A stretch of DNA of 64,000 bases from Alphaproteobacteria bacterium (GCA_963555825.3 CAUVXB020000002.1:2336001-2400000); one strand, 5' to 3'; counted from the first letter of the stretch, positions 32,028-41,636 are shown. Translations and numbers: made by a program. The notes: generated by a model not told the origin, from the sequence alone.

Positions 32028-33653
32028 TTACTTCTCGAGCTTGACGCCGGCGGCGACGCGGTCCCAGGTTGTCGGCGTCAGGCCGCGTTCGCGCAGCTCG
32101 AACTTCTTGATTTTGCCGGTCGGCGTCTTGGGCATCGCCTCGATGATATCGATGTAGCGCGGCACCATGAAATACGCCATGCGCGGCTCGATGAAGCGGG
32201 TCAGCGCGACCGGGTCGATGGTCATGCCGGGCTTCGGCACGATGACCGCCATGACTTCTTGCTCGGTGTGCTCGGACGCGACCGGGATGACCGCGCATTC
32301 CAAGACCGCGTCATGGGCGGCTATCTCGGCCTCGACTTCCATCGACGAGACGTTTTCGCCGCGCCGCCTGATCGCGTCCGTGACGCGGTCGACGAAGTAG
32401 AGGTTGCCGGCCTCGTCGTACATCAGCATGTCGCCCGAATGGAGCCACTGGTTGCGCCACGCTGCGACCGTCGCCCGCGGATCGTTCCAGTAGCCGGCCA
32501 TCAGGATCCAGGGTTCACGGGCGCGCACCACCGCCTCGCCGGGCACGCCGGGCGGCTGCAGCTCGTCGTTCGCATCGACGATGCGCACCTCGTAGCGGTC
32601 GTCGGCCGGCCGGCCGCAGGTCCGATTGTTGGCGAGGTCGAAGCCCGAGCGCGTCGGCACGTTGATCTCGGTCGAGCCCCAGGTGGTCCCGACGAGGCAG
32701 CCGAAGCGCTGCTTGAAGTCCTCGACCTCGGGCAAAAGCGGCACGATCAGGGCTCGCTCCAGCGGGTTGTCGGCGTCGTCGTCGGCCGGCGGCTGGCGAT
32801 ACAGGATGCTCGCCATCGCGCCCAACAGGAACGTGCAGGTCACGCCGTGGCGGCGCACGTCGACCCAGAATTCGCTGGCGCTGAACGGCTTGGGCAGGAC
32901 GACGGTCATCTCGGCGATGCAGCTGGCGTAGACGACCGCCCATTGCCCGGCGATGTGGAACAGCGGCAGGGGCGCGTAGTAGACGTCGTCGGCGCCGAGC
33001 TCCAAGAGCTCGACGCAGCTCAGGGCATATTCGTAGGCGTGGGTGTGGCTGATCATCACGCCCTTCGACGGCCCGGTCGTGCCCGAGGTGTACATCACCG
33101 CCATCAGGTCGCGATAGCGCGGGCCGCCCTCGGGCGGCGCGCCCTCGGGCGGCGGGCCGTCGCGCGCGACGTCCGCGAAATCGAGGGTCTCGAACCGCCC
33201 GGCGGGCTCGGCGTCGCCGTCGCCATGAAGAATCAGGCGCTTCAGGCCGATCAGCGCGCCGGCGACCGCGTCGATGCGGTCGAGGAACTGGCGCCCGACG
33301 ATCATCATGCTCGCCGAGGAATCGTTGATCACATGGGCCAGCACGCCGCCGCGCAAATGCGTGTTGACCGGCACCTCGACGGCGCCGAGCTTGGCCAGCG
33401 CGCACCAGGTCAAAACCAGCGCGACCGTGTCGGGCAGCATGTACAAGACGGTGTCGCCGGGCCGCACGCCGATGTCGACGAAGCCCGCCGCCAGCCGATC
33501 GGACTCGGCGTCGATCTCGCGGTAGCTGTAGGCGCGGTCCGGGGCGACGATCCACGGCTTGCCGCCGCAGCGTTCGACGCGCCGGGCGAGCACTTGGCGC
33601 AGCGTCTGCCCGGCGCGCGGTTCGTCCAGTCTCAACGGTGCCTCGGCCTTCAT
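32028..33653 (-). CDS. ATP-dependent acyl-CoA ligase (CaiC-like)
   Basis: YTSGTTGPSKG, WGSTE, HSGD, RRRGENVSS, PKTPTGK. Confidence 0.92.
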   Translation of the reverse strand: MKAEAPLRLDEPRAGQTLRQVLARRVERCGGKPWIVAPDRAYSYREIDAESDRLAAGFVDIGVRPGDTVLYMLPDTVALVLTWCALAKLGAVEVPVNTHLRGGVLAHVINDSSASMMIVGRQFLDRIDAVAGALIGLKRLILHGDGDAEPAGRFETLDFADVARDGPPPEGAPPEGGPRYRDLMAVMYTSGTTGPSKGVMISHTHAYEYALSCVELLELGADDVYYAPLPLFHIAGQWAVVYASCIAEMTVVLPKPFSASEFWVDVRRHGVTCTFLLGAMASILYRQPPADDDADNPLERALIVPLLPEVEDFKQRFGCLVGTTWGSTEINVPTRSGFDLANNRTCGRPADDRYEVRIVDANDELQPPGVPGEAVVRAREPWILMAGYWNDPRATVAAWRNQWLHSGDMLMYDEAGNLYFVDRVTDAIRRRGENVSSMEVEAEIAAHDAVLECAVIPVASEHTEQEVMAVIVPKPGMTIDPVALTRFIEPRMAYFMVPRYIDIIEAMPKTPTGKIKKFELRERGLTPTTWDRVAAGVKLEK

Positions 33654-33768
33654 CGCGCCGAGTGTAGCAACAGCGCGCCGGGTCCGTCGATTGACAGTCT
33701 CCCGAACCGACACCTAAAGTCGTCGCTCCAGTACAAGACCGAATAGGCACGGCGGCCACAGCCACGAC

Positions 33769-34428
33769 ATGAGCGTCACCCGAGAACGGCTGCTCGACGG
33801 CACTTACGAGCGCATGGCGGTCGAGGCGGGGATCGCCCAAGTCCGCCCCAAGGCCGAGCGCACTGCGATGCGGCGCGCCTTTCTCCGTGACCATCGGCCG
33901 GGCGATGACCTCTGGGTGTTCGCGTACGGCTCGCTGACCTGGAACCCGGCCTTCCACTTCGCCGAGCGGCGGCGCGGCCGCATCCACGGCTACCACCGCT
34001 CGTTCTGCCTGTGGAGCCACGTCGGTCGCGGCAGCCACGACAACCCCGGCCTGATGCTCGGCCTCGACCGTGGCGGCGCCTGCGCTGGCGCGCTCTACCG
34101 CATCGCCGCCGACGACGTCGAGCACGAGAGCGCGCTGCTCTGGGCGCGCGAGATGATGATGCCGGTCTACCGGGCGCGCTGGCTCGCGGCGCGAACCGAG
34201 GCCGGTCCGGTCCGCGCCGTCGGCTTCGTCGTCGACCGGTCCTGCGCGCAATACGCCGGGCGTTTGCCGACCGAGCGGCTGGTCGCGGCGATGGCGACCG
34301 CGTCGGGCTCCCTCGGCAGCAGCTTCGACTATCTGCGCGCCCTGACCGACGAGCTTGACACGATGGGCATCCGCGACCGCGCGCTCGGCGACCTGCGCGC
34401 CCGCGTCGAAGCGAAGCTGGCGGACTAG
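33769..34428 (+). CDS. chaC: Glutathione-specific gamma-glutamylcyclotransferase
   Basis: WVFAYGSLTWNP, PGLMLGLDRGG, LWAREM. Confidence 0.9.
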   Translation: MSVTRERLLDGTYERMAVEAGIAQVRPKAERTAMRRAFLRDHRPGDDLWVFAYGSLTWNPAFHFAERRRGRIHGYHRSFCLWSHVGRGSHDNPGLMLGLDRGGACAGALYRIAADDVEHESALLWAREMMMPVYRARWLAARTEAGPVRAVGFVVDRSCAQYAGRLPTERLVAAMATASGSLGSSFDYLRALTDELDTMGIRDRALGDLRARVEAKLAD

Positions 34429-34486
34429 CGTCTGGCGCGCCGAAGGGCTAAAAACGCCGCTTGTCTTTCGGAAAGGGGCAACGGCA

Positions 34487-35662
34487 ATGGCGGAGCACAC
34501 GTCGACCTTCGGGTCATCGGCGTATGGCGGCGGCGGCTGGTCGGAGCGGATCCGGGCGCATCGCGAAGAGATCGGCGATCTGTGGACCGATTGCGGCATC
34601 GACAACGAATGGTCGCGCCTGCGCGCCGTCCTGCTGCACCGGCCGGGCGACGAGTTGGCGGCGTCGGCCGACGAGCATGACGCGATGGCCGAGGCGTTCC
34701 GCGCCAACGGCGTCACCGTGCATTACGTCGAACCCGATGGCCCGCCCTCGCCGAACCAGATGTTCTGCGCCGATCTGATGTTCATGACGCCCGAGGGCGT
34801 GATCGTCGCGCGCCCCGCGTCGACCGTGCGCGCCGGCGAGGAGCGTTAGCCCGGATTTCTCACCATGGACAGGCGCGTCATCGCGCCGCGCGGTCGCTGA
34901 TCCGCCAGGAGAAGGCCGCCGAGCGTGGCCTGGGCCACGGTCAAGGCCTTCGACGCCGCGGGCGGCCCGCCCGGCGCGACCCGAAGGGCGGCGGATCTCG
35001 GACGACAGGCGGCGTCAAAGCGTTTGCCCGATGCGACAGCATCGCGCCGCACGCTTTTCCTAGCCTGTCGTCCGATATCCGCCGTGCCGCACCTGTCCAT
35101 GGTGAGAATTCCGGGCTAGGTGGCGCGCCGCATCGCCGAGCGGGGCATGCCGATCCTGCGCACGCTGCGCGGGCGCGCCACCTTCGAGGGCGCGGATGCC
35201 ATGTGGCTCGACGCCGAGACGGTCATCATCGGACGCGGCCTGCGCACCAATTCCGAGGCGATCGACCAGATCACCGGGCTGCTCGCCGAGATGGGCGTCG
35301 CCACCATCGCCGTCGACATGCCGTTCGGCACGATGCATCTGATGGGCATGCTGCGCGTCGCCGATAAGGACCTGGCGATCGCCTGGCCGCGCCGCACGCC
35401 GCACGCCGCGGTGCTCGCGCTGCGCGAGCGCGGCTACCGGGTCGCCTTCCTGCCCGAGACCGACGACGACGCCATGAACCGGGCGCTCAACACCGTCACG
35501 CTGGGGCTGCGCAAGATCTTGGTCAACGCCGGCTACGACGTCATCCAGGCGTTCTACGAAGGGCTCAGCATCGAGTGTGTCACGGTGCACGCGCGCGAAC
35601 TCGTCAAGGCGGCCGGCGGCTTCGGCTGCCTGGCCGGCGTGCTGCACCGCGACCCGGTCTAG
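34487..35662 (+). pseudogene. Amidinotransferase/dimethylargininase-family gene interrupted by a MITE at an in-frame TAG
   Basis: LLHRPG, NQMFCAD, RAGEER, FEGAD, MHLMG, GGFGCL motifs across the two halves. Confidence 0.88.
34850..35115. mobile_element. 266-bp MITE with 24-bp TIRs
   Basis: CCCGGA(T/A)TTCTCACCATGGACAGG at both ends; TTAG/CTAG flanks; internal hairpins such as CGTGGCCTGGGCCACG. Confidence 0.88.
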
Positions 35663-35695
35663 GCCCGCCGGCACCCTTTCACACTCCCTAGCATC

Positions 35696-35768
35696 AATGG
35701 GGTCAGACACCATTATTGGAATCATAAGTCATTCATAATAACATCTATTAATGGTGTCTGACCCCATT
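35696..35768. repeat. REP-like doublet: perfect 20-bp inverted repeat around an AT-rich spacer
   Basis: AATGGGGTCAGACACCATTA ... TAATGGTGTCTGACCCCATT between convergent genes. Confidence 0.85.
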
Positions 35769-35830
35769 ATTAAGAAGCGCCAATATTGGAGGACGGGAGC
35801 CATTATTCGGGAGATCGGGGCGCGGGCTGT

Positions 35831-36802
35831 CTAGTCGATCTCGCCGAGGGCGCGCAGCACCTTGAGCTGCAGGGCGTGCACCGCGTGCTCGGAGATGTAG
35901 CTGTGCTCGTCGTCGACGATGAAGCGCCCCTGGCGGTAGCCACGGCTGCGCAGGCCCTTCTGGACGTTTTCGACGAGCGGAAAGTCCTCGCGGCGCACGA
36001 CATCGACGAAGTCGATGACCTCCTGTTCCTGTTCGGTCGGTGCATCGCCCTCGAGGTACCACTCGATCGTCTGCACGGTGCGTTCCGGTGCCACCGGCCG
36101 GTTGTGGAACACGGTCAGCTTGCCGCCCGGGTAGAACTCGAACGACATCGTCGGGAAGACGCACCAGCCGCCGAACTCGTCGCCGCGCGGACTCGCGCCG
36201 GGCTCATGGCTATAACACTGCTTGTCGCCCTGGTCGCCGCAATTGTGGTGGTGATAGGCGTCGTGCACCTCGATGCGGTAATTGGTCATGTCGAGCGCCT
36301 GGCGCGACAGGCTCGGATGGCCGATCGGGCAGTGGTAGCACTCGGAATAGTTCTCCATCACGGTCTTCCAGTTGGCGGCGACCTGATAGGTCTTGCGGTA
36401 GGCGAGCTTCAGCGCCTCGGGCGCGGCGCAGAACGAGCGGAACTCCTGCTCCATGCCGCCGGTCTGCTGGCACATCGGCACCGCGTCCGCATCGAAATTG
36501 AAGAAGATGAAGCCGAGGAACGCCTCGGTCCGCACCGGCCGTTGGCTACCGCCGGCGTCCTCGACACCGATCAGATCACCGTCATCACCGCGCGTGATGA
36601 CGACGCCGCGATCGCCGATTTCGCGGACCAGCGCGTCATCCGGTCCGCCGAGCTGGCAGACGTGCCCGGCGTAGAGCCACGAGCGATACATGATGGCATC
36701 GAGCTCGCGGGCGTAGATCGCGGGATCGTGGTAGTAGCGGCCGGGCAGCGTATAGGCGTGCGCCGTATCGCGGTCGATCCTCGCAAGTGCATCTTGGACC
36801 AT
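35831..36802 (-). CDS. Ring-hydroxylating oxygenase alpha-subunit homologue lacking the Rieske cluster motif
   Basis: TLPGRYY, ANWKTVMENYSECYHC..GHP, EDFPLVENVQKGL present; CxH...CxxH absent. Confidence 0.85.
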   Translation of the reverse strand: MVQDALARIDRDTAHAYTLPGRYYHDPAIYARELDAIMYRSWLYAGHVCQLGGPDDALVREIGDRGVVITRGDDGDLIGVEDAGGSQRPVRTEAFLGFIFFNFDADAVPMCQQTGGMEQEFRSFCAAPEALKLAYRKTYQVAANWKTVMENYSECYHCPIGHPSLSRQALDMTNYRIEVHDAYHHHNCGDQGDKQCYSHEPGASPRGDEFGGWCVFPTMSFEFYPGGKLTVFHNRPVAPERTVQTIEWYLEGDAPTEQEQEVIDFVDVVRREDFPLVENVQKGLRSRGYRQGRFIVDDEHSYISEHAVHALQLKVLRALGEID

Positions 36803-36857
36803 GACAGCCCCTCCCTCTCGGGCGTCGATAGCAACAGAATAACCCATTTTCGACGCG

Positions 36858-37688
36858 CTAACCATCGCGCGGCGGGCCCGGTGGGACCGGCCCGCTGGGC
36901 GCCAGCGCGCCATCGGCGTCGTGCATCTCCTCGCCTGCGAGCGACGGGCAGAACACGCTCAACAGGTGGAGCTCGGTGACCGCGTGCATGCTGTGCCTGT
37001 CTTCGGGCCCGACGCAGTACATGGTGCCGGGCTCGAGCGGCCAGCGCTCACCGGTCGTCAGGTCCGACACGTCGCCGTGGCCGTCGAGGATGTAGTTGGC
37101 TTCCCAATGGTGCTTGTACCAAAGCTCGTTGCGATTGCCGGCGGCCAGGATGACGTCGCAGATCGTGACGCCGATGCCGTCCTCGGCGAGCAGCATGCGC
37201 ACGGTGCGCGCCGAGCCGCCGGCGACGATCTTCTCGCGGCCCGCCGCGCGCAGCTCGGCGACGCTCTTGACGAACATCCGCGCGCGGCCTTTGGGGACCG
37301 GGCCGGTCGGCGGGTACGAACCGTCCGCGTCGTGGCGCTCGTCACCCGTGATCGACGGGCTGAAGACGCTGACGATATGAAGCGTGTCGGTCACCGTGAC
37401 ACGGTGGCGATCGGTCGGCCCGACGGTGTAGAGCGAGCCGGGCCCGAGCGGCCAGCGCTCGCCCGTGGTCAGGTCCTCGACCGTACCGGCGCCCGAGACG
37501 ATGTAGTTGGGCTCCCAGTGGTTCTTGTACCAGAGCGTCACCTCGGCGCCCGCCTCGATGCCGACGTCGTGCAACGAGAACCCGAGACCGTCGGCCGCGG
37601 TAAGCAGCCGCGCGCTGCGTGCGTGGCCGTCGAGCAGCCTCAGCTCCCGGCCCTCTCGCCTGAGTTCATCGAGCGTCCTCACGAACAT
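36858..37688 (-). CDS. ectC: Tandem double-domain ectoine-synthase-like cupin
   Basis: Two repeats of WYK(N/H)HWE.NYI..G.G.V.DLTTGERWPL.PG..Y.VGP.DRH...SVF.P. Confidence 0.85.
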   Translation of the reverse strand: MFVRTLDELRREGRELRLLDGHARSARLLTAADGLGFSLHDVGIEAGAEVTLWYKNHWEPNYIVSGAGTVEDLTTGERWPLGPGSLYTVGPTDRHRVTVTDTLHIVSVFSPSITGDERHDADGSYPPTGPVPKGRARMFVKSVAELRAAGREKIVAGGSARTVRMLLAEDGIGVTICDVILAAGNRNELWYKHHWEANYILDGHGDVSDLTTGERWPLEPGTMYCVGPEDRHSMHAVTELHLLSVFCPSLAGEEMHDADGALAPSGPVPPGPPRDG

Positions 37689-39031
37689 CGTTCACCGGCC
37701 GTGAATGCCGCCTCCATCTCGCGGCGAAAGACGACGGTGTCGTCCGCCTCGTCGATCTCGACGTCGGTCCAGCGTAGCACGTCACCCGCAGCAATCGCGT
37801 TGTTCAGCGTGACGCCGTGGGCGAGGCCGAGCGGCAGCGCGCCCTGGCTTATCGAATCGGCGGCCGGCATCAGGCGGCCGTAGACCGTGTAGCCGCCTTC
37901 GCCGTCGAGCGTCTCGCCGATCGCGAGGTCGCGTTTCGCCGTTGCCGCGACGTCGGCGTTGAAGCCGCGCGCACAGCCGATCGGCTCGTTGTACAAGGCC
38001 GCGGTGGCGACGCTGACGCCGAGCTCGAGGCCGATCAGGTGATAGGGCTTGTACATCGCAGCGAATTCACCCGAGTCGTCGGTCGCCAGGCCGTATTCGG
38101 CGAAGCAGCGGCGCACGTAGTCGTCGGGCGCGGCGAAGGTCACGTAGACGCCCCAACGCAGATCGTGGGCGATGGCACCGCCGTCGCGCTCGAGGCAGGA
38201 GACGACCTCGACCGTGCCGCGATGGTCGAGCGTGCCGCCGGCCTCGGCCGGCCGACAGACATTGGCCAGATCGTCGGCGCTCGACGGCGGAAAGCGCAGG
38301 CCGCCGGCCTGCGGAGCGAGATCGCAGGCGTTGGCCACCGCGGCCATCTCGATCGCCGACTTGGTGCCGTCGAGGAAGGAATTGAACATTTGCGGGTTCA
38401 TGCCGCCGGCGGCGGCCTGTTCCGCGCTCAGGCCGTAATACCCCCACACCGTCTCGGGTGTCGAGGCGTGGTATTCGGGCAGATATTTGGTGCCCTTGCC
38501 GGCGCAGACCACCTCGAAGCCGGTGGCGCGCGCCCAATCGACCATCTCGGCGATCAACGCGGGTTGGTCGCCGTAGGCCATGGTGTAGACGACGCCGGCT
38601 TGCTCGGCGCGGCGCGCCAGCAGCGGCCCGGCGAGCACGTCGCCCTCGACGGTCACCATGACGACGTCGACGCCGTGGCGGAAGGCGGCCAGCGCGTGGC
38701 GGATGCCGGCCGCCGGACTGCCGGTCGATTCGACCAGCACGTCGAGGCCGTCGGCGGCGATCAGCGTCTCGGCGTCGTCGGTGATGTGCGCGGCGCCGGT
38801 CGTGAGCGCGACGTCGAGGTCGGGCGCGGCATAGGCCATCTCGGGCCAGCCAGCGCGGCGGCAGGCGTCGCGCGCGCGCTCGGGCGCGATATCGGCGATG
38901 CCGAGCACGCGCAGGCCCGGCGTGCGCCGCGCCTGGGCCAGGAACATGGTGGCGAACTTGCCGGCGCCGACGACGCCGACGCGTAGCGGCCGCCCCGCTT
39001 CCTCGCGCTTGCCGAGTTGGTCGTACAGCAT
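37679..39031 (-). CDS. NAD(P)-dependent oxidoreductase, homoserine-dehydrogenase-like with C-terminal SAF domain
   Basis: GAGKFA Rossmann motif, AYGDQP, FLDGTKSAIEM, AKRDL..GETLDGEGGY. Confidence 0.88.
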   Translation of the reverse strand: MLYDQLGKREEAGRPLRVGVVGAGKFATMFLAQARRTPGLRVLGIADIAPERARDACRRAGWPEMAYAAPDLDVALTTGAAHITDDAETLIAADGLDVLVESTGSPAAGIRHALAAFRHGVDVVMVTVEGDVLAGPLLARRAEQAGVVYTMAYGDQPALIAEMVDWARATGFEVVCAGKGTKYLPEYHASTPETVWGYYGLSAEQAAAGGMNPQMFNSFLDGTKSAIEMAAVANACDLAPQAGGLRFPPSSADDLANVCRPAEAGGTLDHRGTVEVVSCLERDGGAIAHDLRWGVYVTFAAPDDYVRRCFAEYGLATDDSGEFAAMYKPYHLIGLELGVSVATAALYNEPIGCARGFNADVAATAKRDLAIGETLDGEGGYTVYGRLMPAADSISQGALPLGLAHGVTLNNAIAAGDVLRWTDVEIDEADDTVVFRREMEAAFTAGERCS

Positions 39032-39035
39032 GTGC

Positions 39036-40250
39036 CTAGACCACGACCAGGTTGCGCGGCAGCGTCGACAGCACTTCGAGGCCCGTGTCGGTCATCAGGA
39101 AGGTCTCGATATAGGCCGCGCCCGAGCCGCCCGGCCAGTCTTCCCAGACGTCGAACTGGTTCTCCAGGTTGAACACCATGCCCGGCTCGAGCGGCCGGTC
39201 GTCGGGCGCATCGGGCGTCGGGTGGGTGCGCTGTACGCCGACCCAATCGGGCGGCGCCGCGATGCCCAGCGTATAGCCGCCGTTGTACCACATGGTGGGT
39301 CTGAGGCCGGTCGCGTCGACGTAGTCGTCGGCCACCTGGTGCACCTTGAACATGGTGTCGCCCGGCCCGATGGCCGCGACGATGGCGTCGATGCAGCCGG
39401 CCGAGGCGTCCATCAGCGTGACCCAGCGCGGGTCCGGCTCGCCCAGCGAGAAGGTCCGGTTGAGGTTGACGTGATAGCGGTGCAGCGCGGCGCAGAAGTC
39501 GATGAACACGAGCTCGCCCTGGCGCACCTGGCGGAGCGTCGGCGCGCTGTGGTGGGTGCCGGCGCGCGGTCCCGAGCCGATCATCGTGCGGATGCCCGGA
39601 TAGCCGCCGCCGGCCGCCATCAGCGAGCCCATGATGACGCCCTCGAGCGCGGTCTCGGTGACGCCGGGGCGGATCGCGTCGCGCGCCGCGGCCATCGCTG
39701 CATCGGCCATGGCGGCGGCGCGGCGCACCACCTCGATCTCGAGCGGCGACTTGATCAGGCGAACTTCCTCGACCAGGAACGAGGCGTCGACGACCGCCAT
39801 GGCGGCGCCTTCGAGCGCACCGCGCAGGGCATCCATCACATCGGCGTGGGGCGCATGGCCCCAGCGCTGCAACGCGACCCGCTTGTCGGCCAGGCCGCGG
39901 CCGGCGAGCTCGCTGGCGATCAGCGCGATGCATTGGTCGACGCCGACGCGCTCGAACCAGACGATCTCGCCGATCTCCGGCGTCGTCGAGACGATCGTCG
40001 TGTGGCTGACGCTGTCGAAGAACACCGTCGCGTCGGCATCGGCGCGGACCAGCACCCCGGTCAGGCTGCGCAGGTGATACCAGATCATGTCGTAGCCGGT
40101 CAGATAGGTCAGGTCGGCCGGCAGAGTGACGAAGATGGCGTCGATGTCGGCGGCGGCCAGCGCACGACGCAGCTTGGCGCGCCGCGTAGCGTATTCCTCG
40201 GCCGGGAAGGCCTGGGGCCAATCGATCTGGTCCCGCAGATACTGCTGCAT
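39036..40250 (-). CDS. M24-family hydrolase, ectoine hydrolase DoeA/EutD-like
   Basis: YLTGYD, RLIKSPLEI, RYH, GYTLG..PPDW, LEPGMVF. Confidence 0.82.
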   Translation of the reverse strand: MQQYLRDQIDWPQAFPAEEYATRRAKLRRALAAADIDAIFVTLPADLTYLTGYDMIWYHLRSLTGVLVRADADATVFFDSVSHTTIVSTTPEIGEIVWFERVGVDQCIALIASELAGRGLADKRVALQRWGHAPHADVMDALRGALEGAAMAVVDASFLVEEVRLIKSPLEIEVVRRAAAMADAAMAAARDAIRPGVTETALEGVIMGSLMAAGGGYPGIRTMIGSGPRAGTHHSAPTLRQVRQGELVFIDFCAALHRYHVNLNRTFSLGEPDPRWVTLMDASAGCIDAIVAAIGPGDTMFKVHQVADDYVDATGLRPTMWYNGGYTLGIAAPPDWVGVQRTHPTPDAPDDRPLEPGMVFNLENQFDVWEDWPGGSGAAYIETFLMTDTGLEVLSTLPRNLVVV

Positions 40251-40262
40251 TGTGTCTCCCCC

Positions 40263-41048
40263 CTACTGGTCCGCCCCCGCCGTCAGGCAATCGTCGGCCA
40301 GGCATTCGATCGGCGTGAAGTCGCGGTGGGCGATCCACTCGGGCCGCTTGAAGCGGCGGATGTGGTTGTCGACATGGCACAGGCTGATGTAGACGATGAC
40401 CCGGTCCCACGGCGACATGTTGCTGCCCGAGCCGTGCACGATATTGCCGTGGAAGAACAGCGCCGAGCCCGGCGCGCCCTTGGCCGCGATCATGCCGTTC
40501 CGTTCGACCAGCGCGCCGATCGTTGCGTCGTCGATCGTCCACAGCGGATAGCTCGTCGTCGCGGTGTCGTGGCCGGCCTCGAGACAGCCGCCCTTGTGCG
40601 AGCCCGGAATGAACAGCAGCGGCGCGTTGAACTCGTTGATTTCGCTCAGGAACACAGCGACGTTCATCGCCCTTGGCTCGGGCATCAGATCGTCGCGCGA
40701 CCAAGTGCCGTAGTCCTGGTGCCACTGCCAGACGTCGCCGTTGAACGCCGCCTTGCCGTTGATCTTGAACTGATGCACGTAGACGTCGCCGCCGAGCAAC
40801 CGCATGATCGGCGCGACCAATCGGGGATGGCGTGACAGCTTGCCATAGACGTCGTTGTAGGTATGCGCCGCGAAGTTGGTGCGCACCACGCCGCCGCGCT
40901 GCTCGCGCACGTTCTCCTTGCGCTCAACGGCGAACAGCGCCGGCACCTCGCCGAGCAGCACCGCGACCTCGGCTGCATCGAACAGATCGGGCATAAACAG
41001 ATAGCCGTCGGTCTCGAACCGCGCGACCTGATCGTCGGAAAGCTGCAT
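40263..41048 (-). CDS. Fe(II)/2-oxoglutarate dioxygenase, PhyH/EctD-like
   Basis: HQFKINGK, WQWHQDYGTW..DDLMP, IPGSHK, HGSGSNMSP. Confidence 0.88.
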   Translation of the reverse strand: MQLSDDQVARFETDGYLFMPDLFDAAEVAVLLGEVPALFAVERKENVREQRGGVVRTNFAAHTYNDVYGKLSRHPRLVAPIMRLLGGDVYVHQFKINGKAAFNGDVWQWHQDYGTWSRDDLMPEPRAMNVAVFLSEINEFNAPLLFIPGSHKGGCLEAGHDTATTSYPLWTIDDATIGALVERNGMIAAKGAPGSALFFHGNIVHGSGSNMSPWDRVIVYISLCHVDNHIRRFKRPEWIAHRDFTPIECLADDCLTAGADQ

Positions 41049-41125
41049 GACATGCCCCTCGCCGCGTTTCTACCGCGCCAGTCTAACCGAACGCGCCCGC
41101 ACCTACCAACCGGCGCGGGCGGTCA

Positions 41126-41338
41126 TCACAGGTCTTCGGGCGTGAGACCGGTGTGGCGGGCGATGCGCGCAAGCATCTTGGGGCCGATCTCTTCACGGTC
41201 GTGAAAGGCGAATACGTAGTTCGGCCAGCCTTCGCGCTCGAGCACTCGATGATATCCGCTCTGCCGCTTGGTTGTCCAACCGACACGCGCGAGCGCGGCG
41301 AGGACACGCCGGGCGCGTGTCGACCGCCACTGGCTCAT
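41126..41338 (-). CDS. hicA: HicA-family toxin
   Basis: GW...RQSGYH...HDREEIGPKMLARIARHTGL. Confidence 0.85.
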   Translation of the reverse strand: MSQWRSTRARRVLAALARVGWTTKRQSGYHRVLEREGWPNYVFAFHDREEIGPKMLARIARHTGLTPEDL

Positions 41339-41535
41339 GCAGCGACGAAGAGCTCGCCAAGCGCGGGAATTGTTTCGCCGTGTTCGAGCCGGTCGGCAAG
41401 GACGCGCAGGGCGAGCGCCTCGACCTTAGCCTGCGCCTCCTGCTGCGTGGCGCCGTAGGCCATCACGCCGGAGAGCTCAGAGATTTCGGCGACCCACCGG
41501 CCATCCGCCTCCTGCTCGAATTCGATCCGCAGCAC
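41335..41535 (-). CDS. hicB: Short HicB-family antitoxin
   Basis: EADGRWVAEI.EL.GVMAYGATQQEA; 4-bp overlap with hicA. Confidence 0.85.
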   Translation of the reverse strand: MLRIEFEQEADGRWVAEISELSGVMAYGATQQEAQAKVEALALRVLADRLEHGETIPALGELFVAA

Positions 41536-41636
41536 GTCGGTACCTCTGCGTGTCGTGTAAACCTACGTTTCGCCGACGATCGGTCGGCTTTGCACGGCCA
41601 GTGTAACACGCGGACGCATCCACGGCATCGGTCCTC

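Noticed and set aside
34847-34849. Pyrrolysine or readthrough recoding of the in-frame TAG
   Set aside because: No pyl genes are visible, the gene is physically interrupted by a MITE, and simple decay explains it
35831-41048. Canonical ectABCD biosynthesis or doeABCD catabolism cluster
   Set aside because: No acetyltransferase, aminotransferase or deacetylase in the cluster, and the EctD signature is not matched
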